64,000 nt of DNA. Source: Candidatus Enterousia intestinigallinarum (GTDB lineage Bacteria; Pseudomonadota; Alphaproteobacteria; Rs-D84). The stretch lies in assembly GCA_018716885.1 (NCBI GenBank), contig DVJI01000009.1, positions 7,448-71,447 of the forward strand. The letters run 5' to 3'. Positions 22,524 through 31,566 of the stretch are shown piece after piece. The notes under the pieces are model-generated. The model did no database searches. It was given only the letters and a program-made list of their open reading frames with translations, and was not told where the DNA came from. Positions within the stretch are counted from its first letter, which is position 1. Each line of letters opens with the position of its first letter. Position numbers and translations under genes: made by a program.

Positions 22524-23081
22524 ATGGCACGTTTTGATGATAAAAAATTGCAAACGGATAATTTGGTAGACAAACTGGTTTCTATCAACCGTGTTTCTAA
22601 AACGGTAAAGGGTGGACGCAATATGTCGTTCTCGGCCCTGGTGGTGGTTGGCGACAAGGCCGGTCGTGTCGGCTTTGGCAAGGGCAAGGCGCTGGAAGTT
22701 CAAAGCGCAGTGCAAAAGGCGACCAAGGCGGCCAAGGCGAAAATGATCCGTGTTCCGCTGAAAGAAGGACGCACACTGCATCACGACAGCGCGGCTAAAT
22801 ACGGTGCCAGCAAACTGGTTGTTCGCAGTGCTGTTCCTGGTACTGGTATCATTGCTGGTGGTGCGTTGCGTGCGGTGTTCGAATGTCTGGGGGTTCAGGA
22901 CGTTGTTGTAAAGTCCCAGGGTTCTAACAATCCGAACAATATGATTCGCGCGGCGTTTCTGGCATTTGAAAAAATGAATTCGCCGAAAACAGTTGCGGCG
23001 CGTCGTGGAAAAACAGTTGCGGAAATCATTGCCGGTCGTGACGGTAAAAAGGTCGAAACCGAATCCGCCGAAGACAAATAA
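22524..23081 (+). CDS. rpsE: 30S ribosomal protein S5
   Basis: 185 aa; S5 dsRBD and C-terminal domain. Confidence 0.95.
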   Translation: MARFDDKKLQTDNLVDKLVSINRVSKTVKGGRNMSFSALVVVGDKAGRVGFGKGKALEVQSAVQKATKAAKAKMIRVPLKEGRTLHHDSAAKYGASKLVVRSAVPGTGIIAGGALRAVFECLGVQDVVVKSQGSNNPNNMIRAAFLAFEKMNSPKTVAARRGKTVAEIIAGRDGKKVETESAEDK

Positions 23082-23110
23082 TTTATTCGCTAAAAACGGA
23101 GAAATGTATT

Positions 23111-23290
23111 ATGGCAAAGATAGTTGTTAAACAGGTTAGAAGCATTATCGGCCGTCCGACCGCGCAGCGCAAGGTTGTTGCCGCGTTGGGACTGGGACGT
23201 ATCGGCAAATCGCGCGAGGTTGAAGATACACCCGCCGTTCGCGGTATGGTTGCCAAGGTATCACACCTGGTCGAAATTGTTGAAAAATAA
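23111..23290 (+). CDS. rpmD: 50S ribosomal protein L30
   Basis: 59 aa [40 protein letters not shown]... not in the ORF track (below 60 aa); found by manual translation. Confidence 0.9.
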   Translation: MAKIVVKQVRSIIGRPTAQRKVVAALGLGRIGKSREVEDTPAVRGMVAKVSHLVEIVEK

Positions 23291-23372
23291 AAATTAGTTA
23301 AACCGAGTACGCTGTTTTCGGCGTGCGACACAGAACCGTAATTCGGTTCACAGGACAAAAGGAAAAAATAAA

Positions 23373-23831
23373 ATGAAACTGAATGCTTTGATGGATAATT
23401 TCGGTGCACGCAGCAACGCCAAGCGCGTTGGTCGTGGTATCGGTTCCGGTATGGGCAAAACCGCTGGTCGCGGAAACAAGGGTCAAAAGGCACGCAGTGG
23501 TTCGCGCAAGCAGGCGACGTTCCAGGGTGGTCAGATGCCGATTTTGCGTCGTTTCCCGAAATTTGGATTTAACAATCCGTTTGCCAAGGAATATGTTACA
23601 ATCAATCTGGGCGATATTGAAAAGTTCATTGCATCTGGAAAGATTGATGCATCGGCGCCGATTACTGTTGATACGCTGATGGCGGCGAAAATTATCAATC
23701 GTACCAAGGATGGTTTGAAGATTTTGGCCAAGGGCGAAATCAAATCGTCTATAAACATTGTTGCCGACAAATGGTCCAAGGCAGCCGAAGAAGCGATTGT
23801 CAAGGCCGGCGGTACAATCAAAAACAAATAA
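23373..23831 (+). CDS. rplO: 50S ribosomal protein L15
   Basis: 152 aa; Gly/Arg/Lys-rich L15 N-terminus. Confidence 0.93.
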   Translation: MKLNALMDNFGARSNAKRVGRGIGSGMGKTAGRGNKGQKARSGSRKQATFQGGQMPILRRFPKFGFNNPFAKEYVTINLGDIEKFIASGKIDASAPITVDTLMAAKIINRTKDGLKILAKGEIKSSINIVADKWSKAAEEAIVKAGGTIKNK

Positions 23832-23889
23832 TTTGGGCATTTGCATCTGGGGGTACCCGGATGCAAATAACAATTAAAAGTTCGTTCGT

Positions 23890-25206
23890 ATGAAATTTTT
23901 GAGAGAATTTTTTGGCAGTATGTCCGATTTACAAAAGCGCATATTATTCACAATAGGTGCGCTGATTGTATATCGTATCGGTTCGTTTATTCCACTGCCG
24001 GGGGTAAATGCGTCCGCGGTTCTGCACCTGTTCACGGGCGAGGGCAGCGGTATGATGGGGATGTTCGATATGTTTGCCGGCGGTTCGCTGTCGCGTATGT
24101 CGGTTTTGGCGTTGAACATTTTCCCATACATTTCGGCATCTATCGTTTTGCAGTTGTTGACCGCAACCAGCAAATCGTTAAACGAACTGCGCAAGGAGGG
24201 TGAATCCGGACGTATCAAAATCAACCAATACACTCGTTATCTGGCGGTATTCCTGGCAGTTGTTCAGGGCTGGGCCGTGGTTCGTGGATTGGAATCTATG
24301 GCACCAGTGAACGGTGTTGCGGCGGTTGTAAATCCAGGATTTGCATTTGAACTGTCGGCGATTATTGCATTGGTCGGCGGAACCGTGTTTGTTATGTGGT
24401 TGGCCGAACAGATTACCGCGCGTGGTATCGGCCAGGGGGCATCCCTGTTGATTTTCGCTGGTATTATTGCAGAGGTTCCAGGCGGTGTTGCCCAGTTGTT
24501 CTCGCTGGGGTCGGTGGGACAGATTTCGCCGGCTATGATCGCGCTGATTGTGGCGTTCGTTGTCGGTATAGTTGCACTGATTGCGTTCTTTGAACAGGCG
24601 CAGCGTCGTATTCAGATTCTGTACCCGCGCCAGGTTATGGCGAACGGTGTTATGAACACGAACGCATCTTATTTGCCGATAAAGGTAAATATGTCGGGTG
24701 TTATGGGCCCGGTGTTTGCGGCCAGTATTATGATGCTGCCGGCGTTTATTCAGCGCTTTGTGCAAAGTGAAAATCCGATTGTCCAGTCGATTATGGGATT
24801 CTTTACGTACGGCACGTGGTCATATATCATAACATATACGATACTGATTGCGTTCTTTGCGTATTTCCAGACGGCGGTTATATTTAATTCCGAAGAAACC
24901 GCTAACAACCTGAAAAATGCGGGCGGATATATTCCGGGGGTGCGTCCAGGTGAACAGACAATGCACTATTTGGATTCCGTCGTATCGCGTACAACCGCAA
25001 TCGGTGTTTTGTACCTGGTGGTGGTGTGCGTGGTGCCGATAATACTGAATTCGCACGCAGGTATGCCGCTGACCATCGGGGGAACCAGTGTGTTGATTGT
25101 CGCCGGGGTTGTTCTGGATACTGTGAACCAGGTTCAATCATATCTGGTTGCAAAGCAGTACAGAAGCGTTATTAAAAAGGCGCAGAAAAAGGGACGTTTC
25201 CGTTAA
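23890..25206 (+). CDS. secY: preprotein translocase subunit SecY
   Basis: 438 aa, 10 predicted TM segments, SecY signature sequences. Confidence 0.97.
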   Translation: MKFLREFFGSMSDLQKRILFTIGALIVYRIGSFIPLPGVNASAVLHLFTGEGSGMMGMFDMFAGGSLSRMSVLALNIFPYISASIVLQLLTATSKSLNELRKEGESGRIKINQYTRYLAVFLAVVQGWAVVRGLESMAPVNGVAAVVNPGFAFELSAIIALVGGTVFVMWLAEQITARGIGQGASLLIFAGIIAEVPGGVAQLFSLGSVGQISPAMIALIVAFVVGIVALIAFFEQAQRRIQILYPRQVMANGVMNTNASYLPIKVNMSGVMGPVFAASIMMLPAFIQRFVQSENPIVQSIMGFFTYGTWSYIITYTILIAFFAYFQTAVIFNSEETANNLKNAGGYIPGVRPGEQTMHYLDSVVSRTTAIGVLYLVVVCVVPIILNSHAGMPLTIGGTSVLIVAGVVLDTVNQVQSYLVAKQYRSVIKKAQKKGRFR

Positions 25207-25236
25207 ACAATAATTTTGGCGGAAATAAAACAAAAT

Positions 25237-25264
25237 TTGACTTTTGCGGCATTTTGTATAAAAT
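25237..25264 (+). promoter_or_regulatory. internal promoter-like element (TTGACT-N16-TAAAAT) upstream of rpsM
   Basis: hexamer match; belongs to a ~50-bp motif that recurs upstream of rpoA. Confidence 0.4.
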
Positions 25265-25371
25265 AGTGCGGCAAAATAAAATACGTGTGTAGTTCAAATA
25301 TTTGAATTACAGGCGTTTGTATCGGGGCGTGGTAACGCGCGCACCGCAGTAAATAAAAAGGAAAATGAAAA

Positions 25372-25749
25372 ATGGCACGTATAGCAGGTGTGAACATTCC
25401 GACAGAAAAGCGCATTGAAATCGCGTTGCAATACATTCACGGTATTGGCCCGGCCAAGGCGGCACAGGTTTGCAAGGCCTTGAAATTAAAAGACGGGTTG
25501 CGCGCCAAGGACTTGACTGACGAGGATGTTGTTAAAATTTCTAACTACATTGAACAAAACTTCAAGGTCGAAGGTGACGTTCGTCGCGAAGTTGCGATGA
25601 ATATTAAACGTCTGCAGGATCTGAAAACATATCGCGGTATTCGCCACCGTAACCGTTTGCCGGTTCGCGGCCAGCGTACCCAGACAAATGCACGTACCCG
25701 CAAGGGCAAACGCGTCGTTGTCGCAGGTTCCGCGGTCAAGGGTAAATAA
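25372..25749 (+). CDS. rpsM: 30S ribosomal protein S13
   Basis: 125 aa; [11 protein letters not shown]13. Confidence 0.95.
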   Translation: MARIAGVNIPTEKRIEIALQYIHGIGPAKAAQVCKALKLKDGLRAKDLTDEDVVKISNYIEQNFKVEGDVRREVAMNIKRLQDLKTYRGIRHRNRLPVRGQRTQTNARTRKGKRVVVAGSAVKGK

Positions 25750-25815
25750 TCTAACGTCTTTAGGTAGAGATTAACACGATAGTTAATTGAAGACATCTAA
25801 CAAAGGTATAAAATA

Positions 25816-26199
25816 ATGGCAGTAACAAAAGCTAAAAAGAAAGTCGTAAAGAAAGTATCACACGGCATTGCCCACGTGGTCGCGACAAACAACAATACAC
25901 GCATTACAATCACGGACCAGTCGGGCGCTGTTTTAACGTGGGCGACCGCTGGTGCAAACAACTTTAAGGGTGCAAAAAAATCCACCCCGTATGCCGCGAC
26001 GGTTGTTGCCGATGCAGTTGGCAAAAAAGTTGCAGAAATGGGTATGAAAACGGTTGACGTTTTGATGCGCGGTATTGGCCAGGGTCGCGAATCTGCTGTC
26101 CGCGGTTTGGCAAACGCCGGGCTGATTGTTCAGTCCATTACTGATACGACACGCATTCCGCACAATGGATGCCGTCCGAAAAAAGTACGTCGTGTTTAA
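25816..26199 (+). CDS. rpsK: 30S ribosomal protein S11
   Basis: 127 aa; S11 family. Confidence 0.95.
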   Translation: MAVTKAKKKVVKKVSHGIAHVVATNNNTRITITDQSGAVLTWATAGANNFKGAKKSTPYAATVVADAVGKKVAEMGMKTVDVLMRGIGQGRESAVRGLANAGLIVQSITDTTRIPHNGCRPKKVRRV

Positions 26200-26203
26200 T
26201 TCT

Positions 26204-26233
26204 TAAAATCCCGCAAAATGCGGGATTTTTTAT
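26204..26233. terminator. bidirectional intrinsic terminator after rpsK
   Basis: hairpin atcccgcaaaatgcgggat followed by a T-run. Confidence 0.65.
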
Positions 26234-26859
26234 TGTTTATAATAACAGTTTTGGGAAAATGTGTATGTGCCATAACCATCTGTTTGGTTATAATTATTGG
26301 GGATATAGCAGTCTGTGATTTTATTAAAACCTGCTTCGCTTGTTATCCCCGATGCGTTGTTCCCGTTGCGTGGGCACGGCAGGCAGCCATAACTTTGGGC
26401 AGAATAATATTCCCCTCGTTCACAGTGTTCTTCCCATCCGTGTTGACAAGCACCCCCGACATCGTCATCATAATAATATTCACTCCATTTATTTAAGTCA
26501 CTGCCACTAAGATAATTGGGCTGACTATAAAAGAATATTTCCCAATAGTTGTCAAATAGTAAATTTTTTGGTGCACATACGATTGTTAGGCGGACATTAT
26601 CCATACCAATGGAGCCTGTATTTAACCAGCAGCCTTTGGGGCCTTCATTAGCTTCTTGGGTGCTTTCACATTGTTGCGGTCCATTGTTTTTATATTCAAT
26701 TTCTTCAAATGAATCATAGCAGTATGTTTCCAGACAGTATGCGACAAAATCTGATGGACCAGAATTTTCAGTATAACAATATGTACCACAATTATCTTTT
26801 AATTCGCTAAAATCTTTTAATCGTGCGCTGGCTGGGAAAGTATATAATAATATTGGCAT
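26230..26859 (-). CDS. hypothetical Cys/Tyr/Asn-rich protein (209 aa), low GC, inserted in the alpha operon
   Basis: long ORF in a compositionally AT-rich segment; weakly hydrophobic N-terminus; no recognisable motif. Confidence 0.5.
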   Translation of the reverse strand: MPILLYTFPASARLKDFSELKDNCGTYCYTENSGPSDFVAYCLETYCYDSFEEIEYKNNGPQQCESTQEANEGPKGCWLNTGSIGMDNVRLTIVCAPKNLLFDNYWEIFFYSQPNYLSGSDLNKWSEYYYDDDVGGACQHGWEEHCERGEYYSAQSYGCLPCPRNGNNASGITSEAGFNKITDCYIPNNYNQTDGYGTYTFSQNCYYKQ

Positions 26860-27029
26860 AAAAAAACCGACGTTTGTTTTCGACAGAAACAGGAGTAAAA
26901 AATGTCAGTAAAAACAATAAAAACACAAATTATAAAAATTGGGAATATAATCGTCCGTTTGGATTCGGCGTGTTTTATGTAAAGTTATCCATATAATTTT
27001 ACCTGGATTTTATATTGTTTGCAATAGAA

Positions 27030-27058
27030 AAAACGCCCGATTGGGCGTTTGTTTTTTT
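27030..27058 (-). terminator. intrinsic terminator for the 27068-27490 gene
   Basis: hairpin aacgcccgattgggcgtt with a flanking T-run. Confidence 0.6.
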
Positions 27059-27067
27059 GTATCCCGT

Positions 27068-27490
27068 TTATCGGGCACACGTGCCAAACTGTGGATTCGG
27101 CGCGTCGATATAGCGGCGGGTTGTATATTCACCGGCCGGCTTGTACGTTACAACGGGCTGATATACTTGATAGTGGTCTATGACCTCGGTATACGTTTTT
27201 ACACGGACGGGCTGCATCTTTTTAGATGCCGGCGCGTTGCAACCACAGGGTTTGCGTGCAACGTCCAGTGATGATGCCACGCGGCAGGGGGCCGGTTTTT
27301 CCGCCCGAACCGCGGCGCGTGCGACGCGTGGTGCAACGTATGCGGCGTCAACGTATGTGACCGTGTCTATTTGTATCGTTTCATATGTATTCACGGTTTC
27401 CGTTTCTGTATACGCAAATCCATCGGCGGACGCATTGGCGCAAATCCCCAGAATACCCGCAAAAACACCAAAGAAAATTGCTTTTTTCAT
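27068..27490 (-). CDS. small secreted protein (140 aa), unknown function
   Basis: signal peptide MKKAIFFGVFAGILGICANASA; Thr/Tyr/Val-rich. Confidence 0.55.
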   Translation of the reverse strand: MKKAIFFGVFAGILGICANASADGFAYTETETVNTYETIQIDTVTYVDAAYVAPRVARAAVRAEKPAPCRVASSLDVARKPCGCNAPASKKMQPVRVKTYTEVIDHYQVYQPVVTYKPAGEYTTRRYIDAPNPQFGTCAR

Positions 27491-27605
27491 ACCATATTCC
27501 TTATTGTTGGGTTTATTTGCACATTAGTACAATATTTATTGATTGTCAATATTTTTGGCGAAATAAAATTTATCGCGACAATTATCTATATTATTCAAGA
27601 AATGT

Positions 27606-27634
27606 TTGACTTTTGCGGATTTGTGTTATAAAAT
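27606..27634 (+). promoter_or_regulatory. promoter-like element (TTGACT-N17-TAAAAT) upstream of rpoA
   Basis: ttgacttttgcggatttgtgttataaaat; near-duplicate of the motif at 25237. Confidence 0.4.
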
Positions 27635-27707
27635 TCGCGGGCGCGTTGGATAATCCATTGCGTGAAACTATTGGCGAAAATGATAAACTAAGCCTATGGA
27701 GGAATTT

Positions 27708-28736
27708 ATGATTGAAAAAAACTGGGTCACTTTGATTAAACCCAAAAAACTAAACATCAAGACAGACGAACACAATCCTAATCAGGCGACTTTGATTGCC
27801 GAACCGTTGGAAAAGGGTTTTGGTTTGACACTGGGGACTGCATTGCGTCGTGTTCTGTTGTCATCGTTGCAGGGTTGCGCACCGATTTATATCAAGATTG
27901 ACGGTGTCCAGCACGAATTTTCCAGCATATCCGGTGTTCGTGAAGATGTTACCGATATTATTTTGAATCTGAAGGGTGTTTATTTCAAAGCATTGACCGA
28001 AGGACAGCACAAGGCCACATTAAAGGTCAAGGGGCCGGCTGTCGTCACCGCGGGTATGATTGAAACAACCGGCGGGGTAGAGGTTATGAACAAAGACGCC
28101 GAAATTTGCACATTGGATAATGGCGCAAATCTGGATATGGAAATAACCCTGTCCACGGGACGTGGGTATGTTCCGGCATCGGCGCACGCGGACGGTCTGC
28201 CGTTGGGTGTGATTCCGGTTGATTCAATCTTTTCACCGATTTTGAACGTCGCGACCGAGGTTTCTGAAACCCGTGTTGGTCAAAGCACTGATTACGACAA
28301 ACTGGAAATGACCGTAAAGACAAACGGTTCCGTTTCGCCCGAAGATGCGATTGCACTGGCGGCACGTATTTTGACAGATCAGTTGGTCGTATTTATCAAC
28401 TTTGAAGACCCGGCGCAAATCAATGCTCCGGCCGAAGAAGAAAAGGCCAAAGATGCATTGCCGTTCGATCCGAAACTGTTAAAGCACGTTGATGAACTGG
28501 AACTGTCCGTCCGTGCGAACAACTGTCTGAAAAACGACAAAATCAACTGGTTGGGCGAATTGGTTCAAAAGACCGAAGCCGATATGTTGAAAACACCGAA
28601 TTTTGGCCGCAAGTCACTGAACGAAATCAAGGTTCAGTTGGAAGCAATGGGCCTGAGTTTGGGTATGGAAGTACCAGGATGGCCACCGGAAAATATTGCG
28701 GAATTGGCCAAAAAGTACGAAGACCCATACAAATAA
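27708..28736 (+). CDS. rpoA: DNA-directed RNA polymerase alpha subunit
   Basis: [13 protein letters not shown]...; the ATG at 27708 is preceded by GGAGG (the track start 27696 lies inside the RBS). Confidence 0.95.
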   Translation: MIEKNWVTLIKPKKLNIKTDEHNPNQATLIAEPLEKGFGLTLGTALRRVLLSSLQGCAPIYIKIDGVQHEFSSISGVREDVTDIILNLKGVYFKALTEGQHKATLKVKGPAVVTAGMIETTGGVEVMNKDAEICTLDNGANLDMEITLSTGRGYVPASAHADGLPLGVIPVDSIFSPILNVATEVSETRVGQSTDYDKLEMTVKTNGSVSPEDAIALAARILTDQLVVFINFEDPAQINAPAEEEKAKDALPFDPKLLKHVDELELSVRANNCLKNDKINWLGELVQKTEADMLKTPNFGRKSLNEIKVQLEAMGLSLGMEVPGWPPENIAELAKKYEDPYK

Positions 28737-28876
28737 ATTTATTACTTTACAAACGACGGGCAGTTTATATAATTGTACCGCAAAAGTAAAACAATCCCGC
28801 GTTACTGAAAGTAATTTTAGGGCGTGGCGTCTCAACAATCCCCGTAATGGGGCGGAAACAATAAAAGGAGTAATCG

Positions 28877-29422
28877 ATGAGACATATGAAAGCAGGTCGC
28901 ACATTTAATCGCGACACAAACGCACGCAAGGCCCTGTTTGTTGGTCTGGCGAAAAACTTGATTGAAAAAGAACAGATTAAAACTACTTTGCCCAAGGCCA
29001 AAGATTTGCGCGGCGTTGTTGAAAAATTGATTACCCGCGCCAAGGTGGATACGGTTGCAAATCGTCGTCTGGTTGCCAGTGAATTGGGCAATGGTTCGGA
29101 TGCAACGGTTAAAAAACTGTTCACTGTTTTGGGGCCGCGTTATGCCAAACGTCCTGGTGGATACACCCGCGTGTTAAAGGCCGGTTTCCGTTATGGTGAC
29201 GCTGCGCCGATGGCTATTATTGAATTGGTTGACCGTGATGTGAACGCGAAAAAGGTTGTAAAACCAGCCGCCACCACGGAAGACAAGGCGACAGAAAAGT
29301 CCGCGGACAAGGCACCGAAACAAGAAAAGACCACTAAAGCACCTGCGGCTAAGGCCGACAAGGATGCCGATGCGGCAAAAGAAAAAAAGCCGGCGACAAA
29401 ACGTCGCAGCGCGGCGAAATAA
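28877..29422 (+). CDS. rplQ: 50S ribosomal protein L17 with a Lys/Ala/Asp-rich C-terminal extension
   Basis: [22 protein letters not shown]17 core (about 120 aa) followed by an approximately 60-aa low-complexity tail. Confidence 0.92.
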   Translation: MRHMKAGRTFNRDTNARKALFVGLAKNLIEKEQIKTTLPKAKDLRGVVEKLITRAKVDTVANRRLVASELGNGSDATVKKLFTVLGPRYAKRPGGYTRVLKAGFRYGDAAPMAIIELVDRDVNAKKVVKPAATTEDKATEKSADKAPKQEKTTKAPAAKADKDADAAKEKKPATKRRSAAK

Positions 29423-29449
29423 AAAACGGGGCATTGCCCCGTTTTTTTT
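29421..29449 (+). terminator. intrinsic terminator ending the ribosomal superoperon
   Basis: hairpin acggggcattgccccgt followed by a T8 run. Confidence 0.7.
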
Positions 29450-29649
29450 ATGGAATAGATAACAGAGTTTATATATCGGTCTGCGACCATTTTGGCGCAG
29501 TATTTTTTTATTTGTTGCATTGCCACGTGGTGCGAAATTGCAAGCTTATAAATAGTAAAATCGACTTTGTGGTTGATTTAATCGTTGTGTATGATAACAT
29601 ACAAACGTCAGTGGGTGTTCCATTGACGGGGTGTAGTAGCCCTTTGTAA

Positions 29650-29805
29650 TTGTCAGAGATGACATAAAATATCGCCTCCACAATTTAGGTTGGAGGGTTG
29701 TGAATATCACGAATAAACAACACTATTATTACAATAGCTACTAACCTCCAACCACCTGAAATATTTTGGTGGTTTTTTCATTCGCAATGAAAAAGGAGGT
29801 TTAGA
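29650..29805 (+). promoter_or_regulatory. conserved structured 5' leader with an intrinsic terminator (candidate attenuator/riboswitch-like element), copy 1
   Basis: hairpin cctcca...ggttggagg (29685-29706), distal complement cctccaacc (29755-29763), then terminator aaccacc-N11-ggtggtt-tttt (29760-29788) about 20 nt before the RBS aaggagg; the same architecture precedes the paralog at 38675-38880 (minus strand). Confidence 0.45.
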
Positions 29806-30228
29806 ATGAAAAAACATTTAATCATCGCTGGCATAATTTGTGCGGCATCAATCCCACCAGCGTATGCAGTAACAAAATGCGTAAAACTAACGTCGTCAAC
29901 AACGTGTACAAGTTCCTCTGGCGCGACCGGTCAGTCAAATTGGTCTGCAACCTGTGGCGGTATAGAAATTCAGGGTGTTGCATTTTGTGGCTCTCAAGAT
30001 GGTTATTCATTTGGCGCAACATCCGAAACTGTCACGACCAGTTCAACCAGTGACGATAACAAATATTGTTGGTGCAAAATGGTTTCGCCTGCGGTGTCGC
30101 GCTGGGTTTTCTTCAACGCGCGCACGTCGGCCGGTATTTGCCTTAACTCTTGCGCGAACGGCTGTGCGTTCATCGCCCAGGTCGATGCGTCTTTCCGGTC
30201 GGTGCTGTTTAGTGGACTATCTGACTAA
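29806..30228 (+). CDS. small secreted Cys-rich protein A (140 aa)
   Basis: signal peptide MKKHLIIAGIICAASIPPAYA, 11 Cys, Ser/Thr-rich; about 90% nt-identical paralog at 38252-38674. Confidence 0.7.
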   Translation: MKKHLIIAGIICAASIPPAYAVTKCVKLTSSTTCTSSSGATGQSNWSATCGGIEIQGVAFCGSQDGYSFGATSETVTTSSTSDDNKYCWCKMVSPAVSRWVFFNARTSAGICLNSCANGCAFIAQVDASFRSVLFSGLSD

Positions 30229-30240
30229 ACGGGGGCGAAT

Positions 30241-30519
30241 ATGAAACGTATATTTATTTTTGTACTAGCGATTGTGCCGATTGGCGCATTTGCCGCCGCG
30301 CCGTCAACGTCGTGTCCCACGGGTTATGTTGCGGTTGTGGAATCGTATATGGAAATCGCGGACAGCACGTGTCCCGCTGGATATACATCCGCCGGTACGG
30401 CGGACAGTTGTCTGGCGTCGTCACCGGCCGGTTCGTGCATAATGTATGCGCCAACTGGTGTAACTTATACCGACGACAGCGGTTCATATGAATTTACATC
30501 TGCCTGTCCATTGGAATAA
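30241..30519 (+). CDS. small secreted Cys-rich protein B (92 aa)
   Basis: signal peptide MKRIFIFVLAIVPIGAFA; near-identical paralog at 37961-38239. Confidence 0.7.
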   Translation: MKRIFIFVLAIVPIGAFAAAPSTSCPTGYVAVVESYMEIADSTCPAGYTSAGTADSCLASSPAGSCIMYAPTGVTYTDDSGSYEFTSACPLE

Positions 30520-30520
30520 G

Positions 30521-30546
30521 CAAAACGCCCAAATGGGCGTTTTGTT
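30521..30546. terminator. bidirectional intrinsic terminator
   Basis: hairpin aacgcccaaatgggcgtt followed by a T-run. Confidence 0.6.
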
Positions 30547-31405
30547 ATCTGGTACGTTGTAATACCACAATCATTTCTGAATTGACATTTGTTTTGTCTT
30601 TGCGTATGCAGCCAATGCGAGCCCAGCGTTTGAATTTTTTTACAGCATCACGATATGCCGTAATTTTGTGCGCTATACCCCAGTTGCCGGTTTGGGCTAT
30701 TATCGTGCCACCTGGACGGACGTGGTTGCGCAACGACGCCAATGTCTGGTGTATTTGTTGCGGGGTCATATATTCAAATATATTTGACAGATTTATTGTA
30801 TCGTATTCACCGATCAGATGTGTGTGCAATGATTTTATATCCGACCATATGAATTTGAATGGTTCGTGTATTTTGTTACGCATTTGGGCATATTCGTCGT
30901 CTGTTGGTACAATATTCGCATAGTACGACGGGTTTAATCCGTTACTGAATATAGGATAAGCCGCCATTTGCTTTATAAAATATGCACTGTTTTGCGGAAT
31001 GTCATCAATCAATGTTCCGATTTGCTTTATATCCGATGCGCGATGTGCGGTATGCATATCGGACAACAGCTGTATATATTCCACACGGGATAATTTCTTT
31101 AACGCAGCGGTTTTAATGTCCATTGCCGCTTTGGCACAGAAAGACAGGTCGAATGTATCGATTTTTGTTGCGCCGCGCATAGCATAAAACATAGGATGAT
31201 CGCCAGACGCCGCAACGGTCAAAACGCGCGGCCCATCATTTTTTGTCAGTTCCGAAACCCAACGAATATCTTCGTTTGTCAGGACGTACGACGGGGAATA
31301 GTTTGAAAAGCCCAACATTTGATTATAAAATGTTGTGCCGTTCCCGCCGATAATGTATTCAGCGTGGGCATTGTCAATATTTAATCTTGGTGTTGCGTAT
31401 TTCAT
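30545..31405 (-). CDS. class I SAM-dependent methyltransferase-fold protein, DUF3419/BtaA-like
   Basis: 286 aa; RVLTVAASGDHPMFYA (SAM-binding-like GD motif) and the C-terminal GEYDTINLSNIFEYM...VRPGGTIIAQT resemble BtaA-family proteins; assigned from memory of family motifs only. Confidence 0.4.
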   Translation of the reverse strand: MKYATPRLNIDNAHAEYIIGGNGTTFYNQMLGFSNYSPSYVLTNEDIRWVSELTKNDGPRVLTVAASGDHPMFYAMRGATKIDTFDLSFCAKAAMDIKTAALKKLSRVEYIQLLSDMHTAHRASDIKQIGTLIDDIPQNSAYFIKQMAAYPIFSNGLNPSYYANIVPTDDEYAQMRNKIHEPFKFIWSDIKSLHTHLIGEYDTINLSNIFEYMTPQQIHQTLASLRNHVRPGGTIIAQTGNWGIAHKITAYRDAVKKFKRWARIGCIRKDKTNVNSEMIVVLQRTR

Positions 31406-31566
31406 TTCGCTCCCTCAGTTATTCTTTACTCAATATTATATAGTACAAAATAACCGATTGTCAATATCTGGCATTTTTTATGTTAAAAATATAATTGCGA
31501 CAGAAAAAATGCTTTCAATAAATTCATTAAATGTGATAAAATCTGATAAATAGGAAGGGCCTTTTT

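Noticed and set aside
21740-22687. 315-aa ORF on the minus strand
   Set aside because: Antisense to rplF, rplR and rpsE; spurious.
24178-24765. 195-aa ORF on the minus strand
   Set aside because: Antisense to secY.
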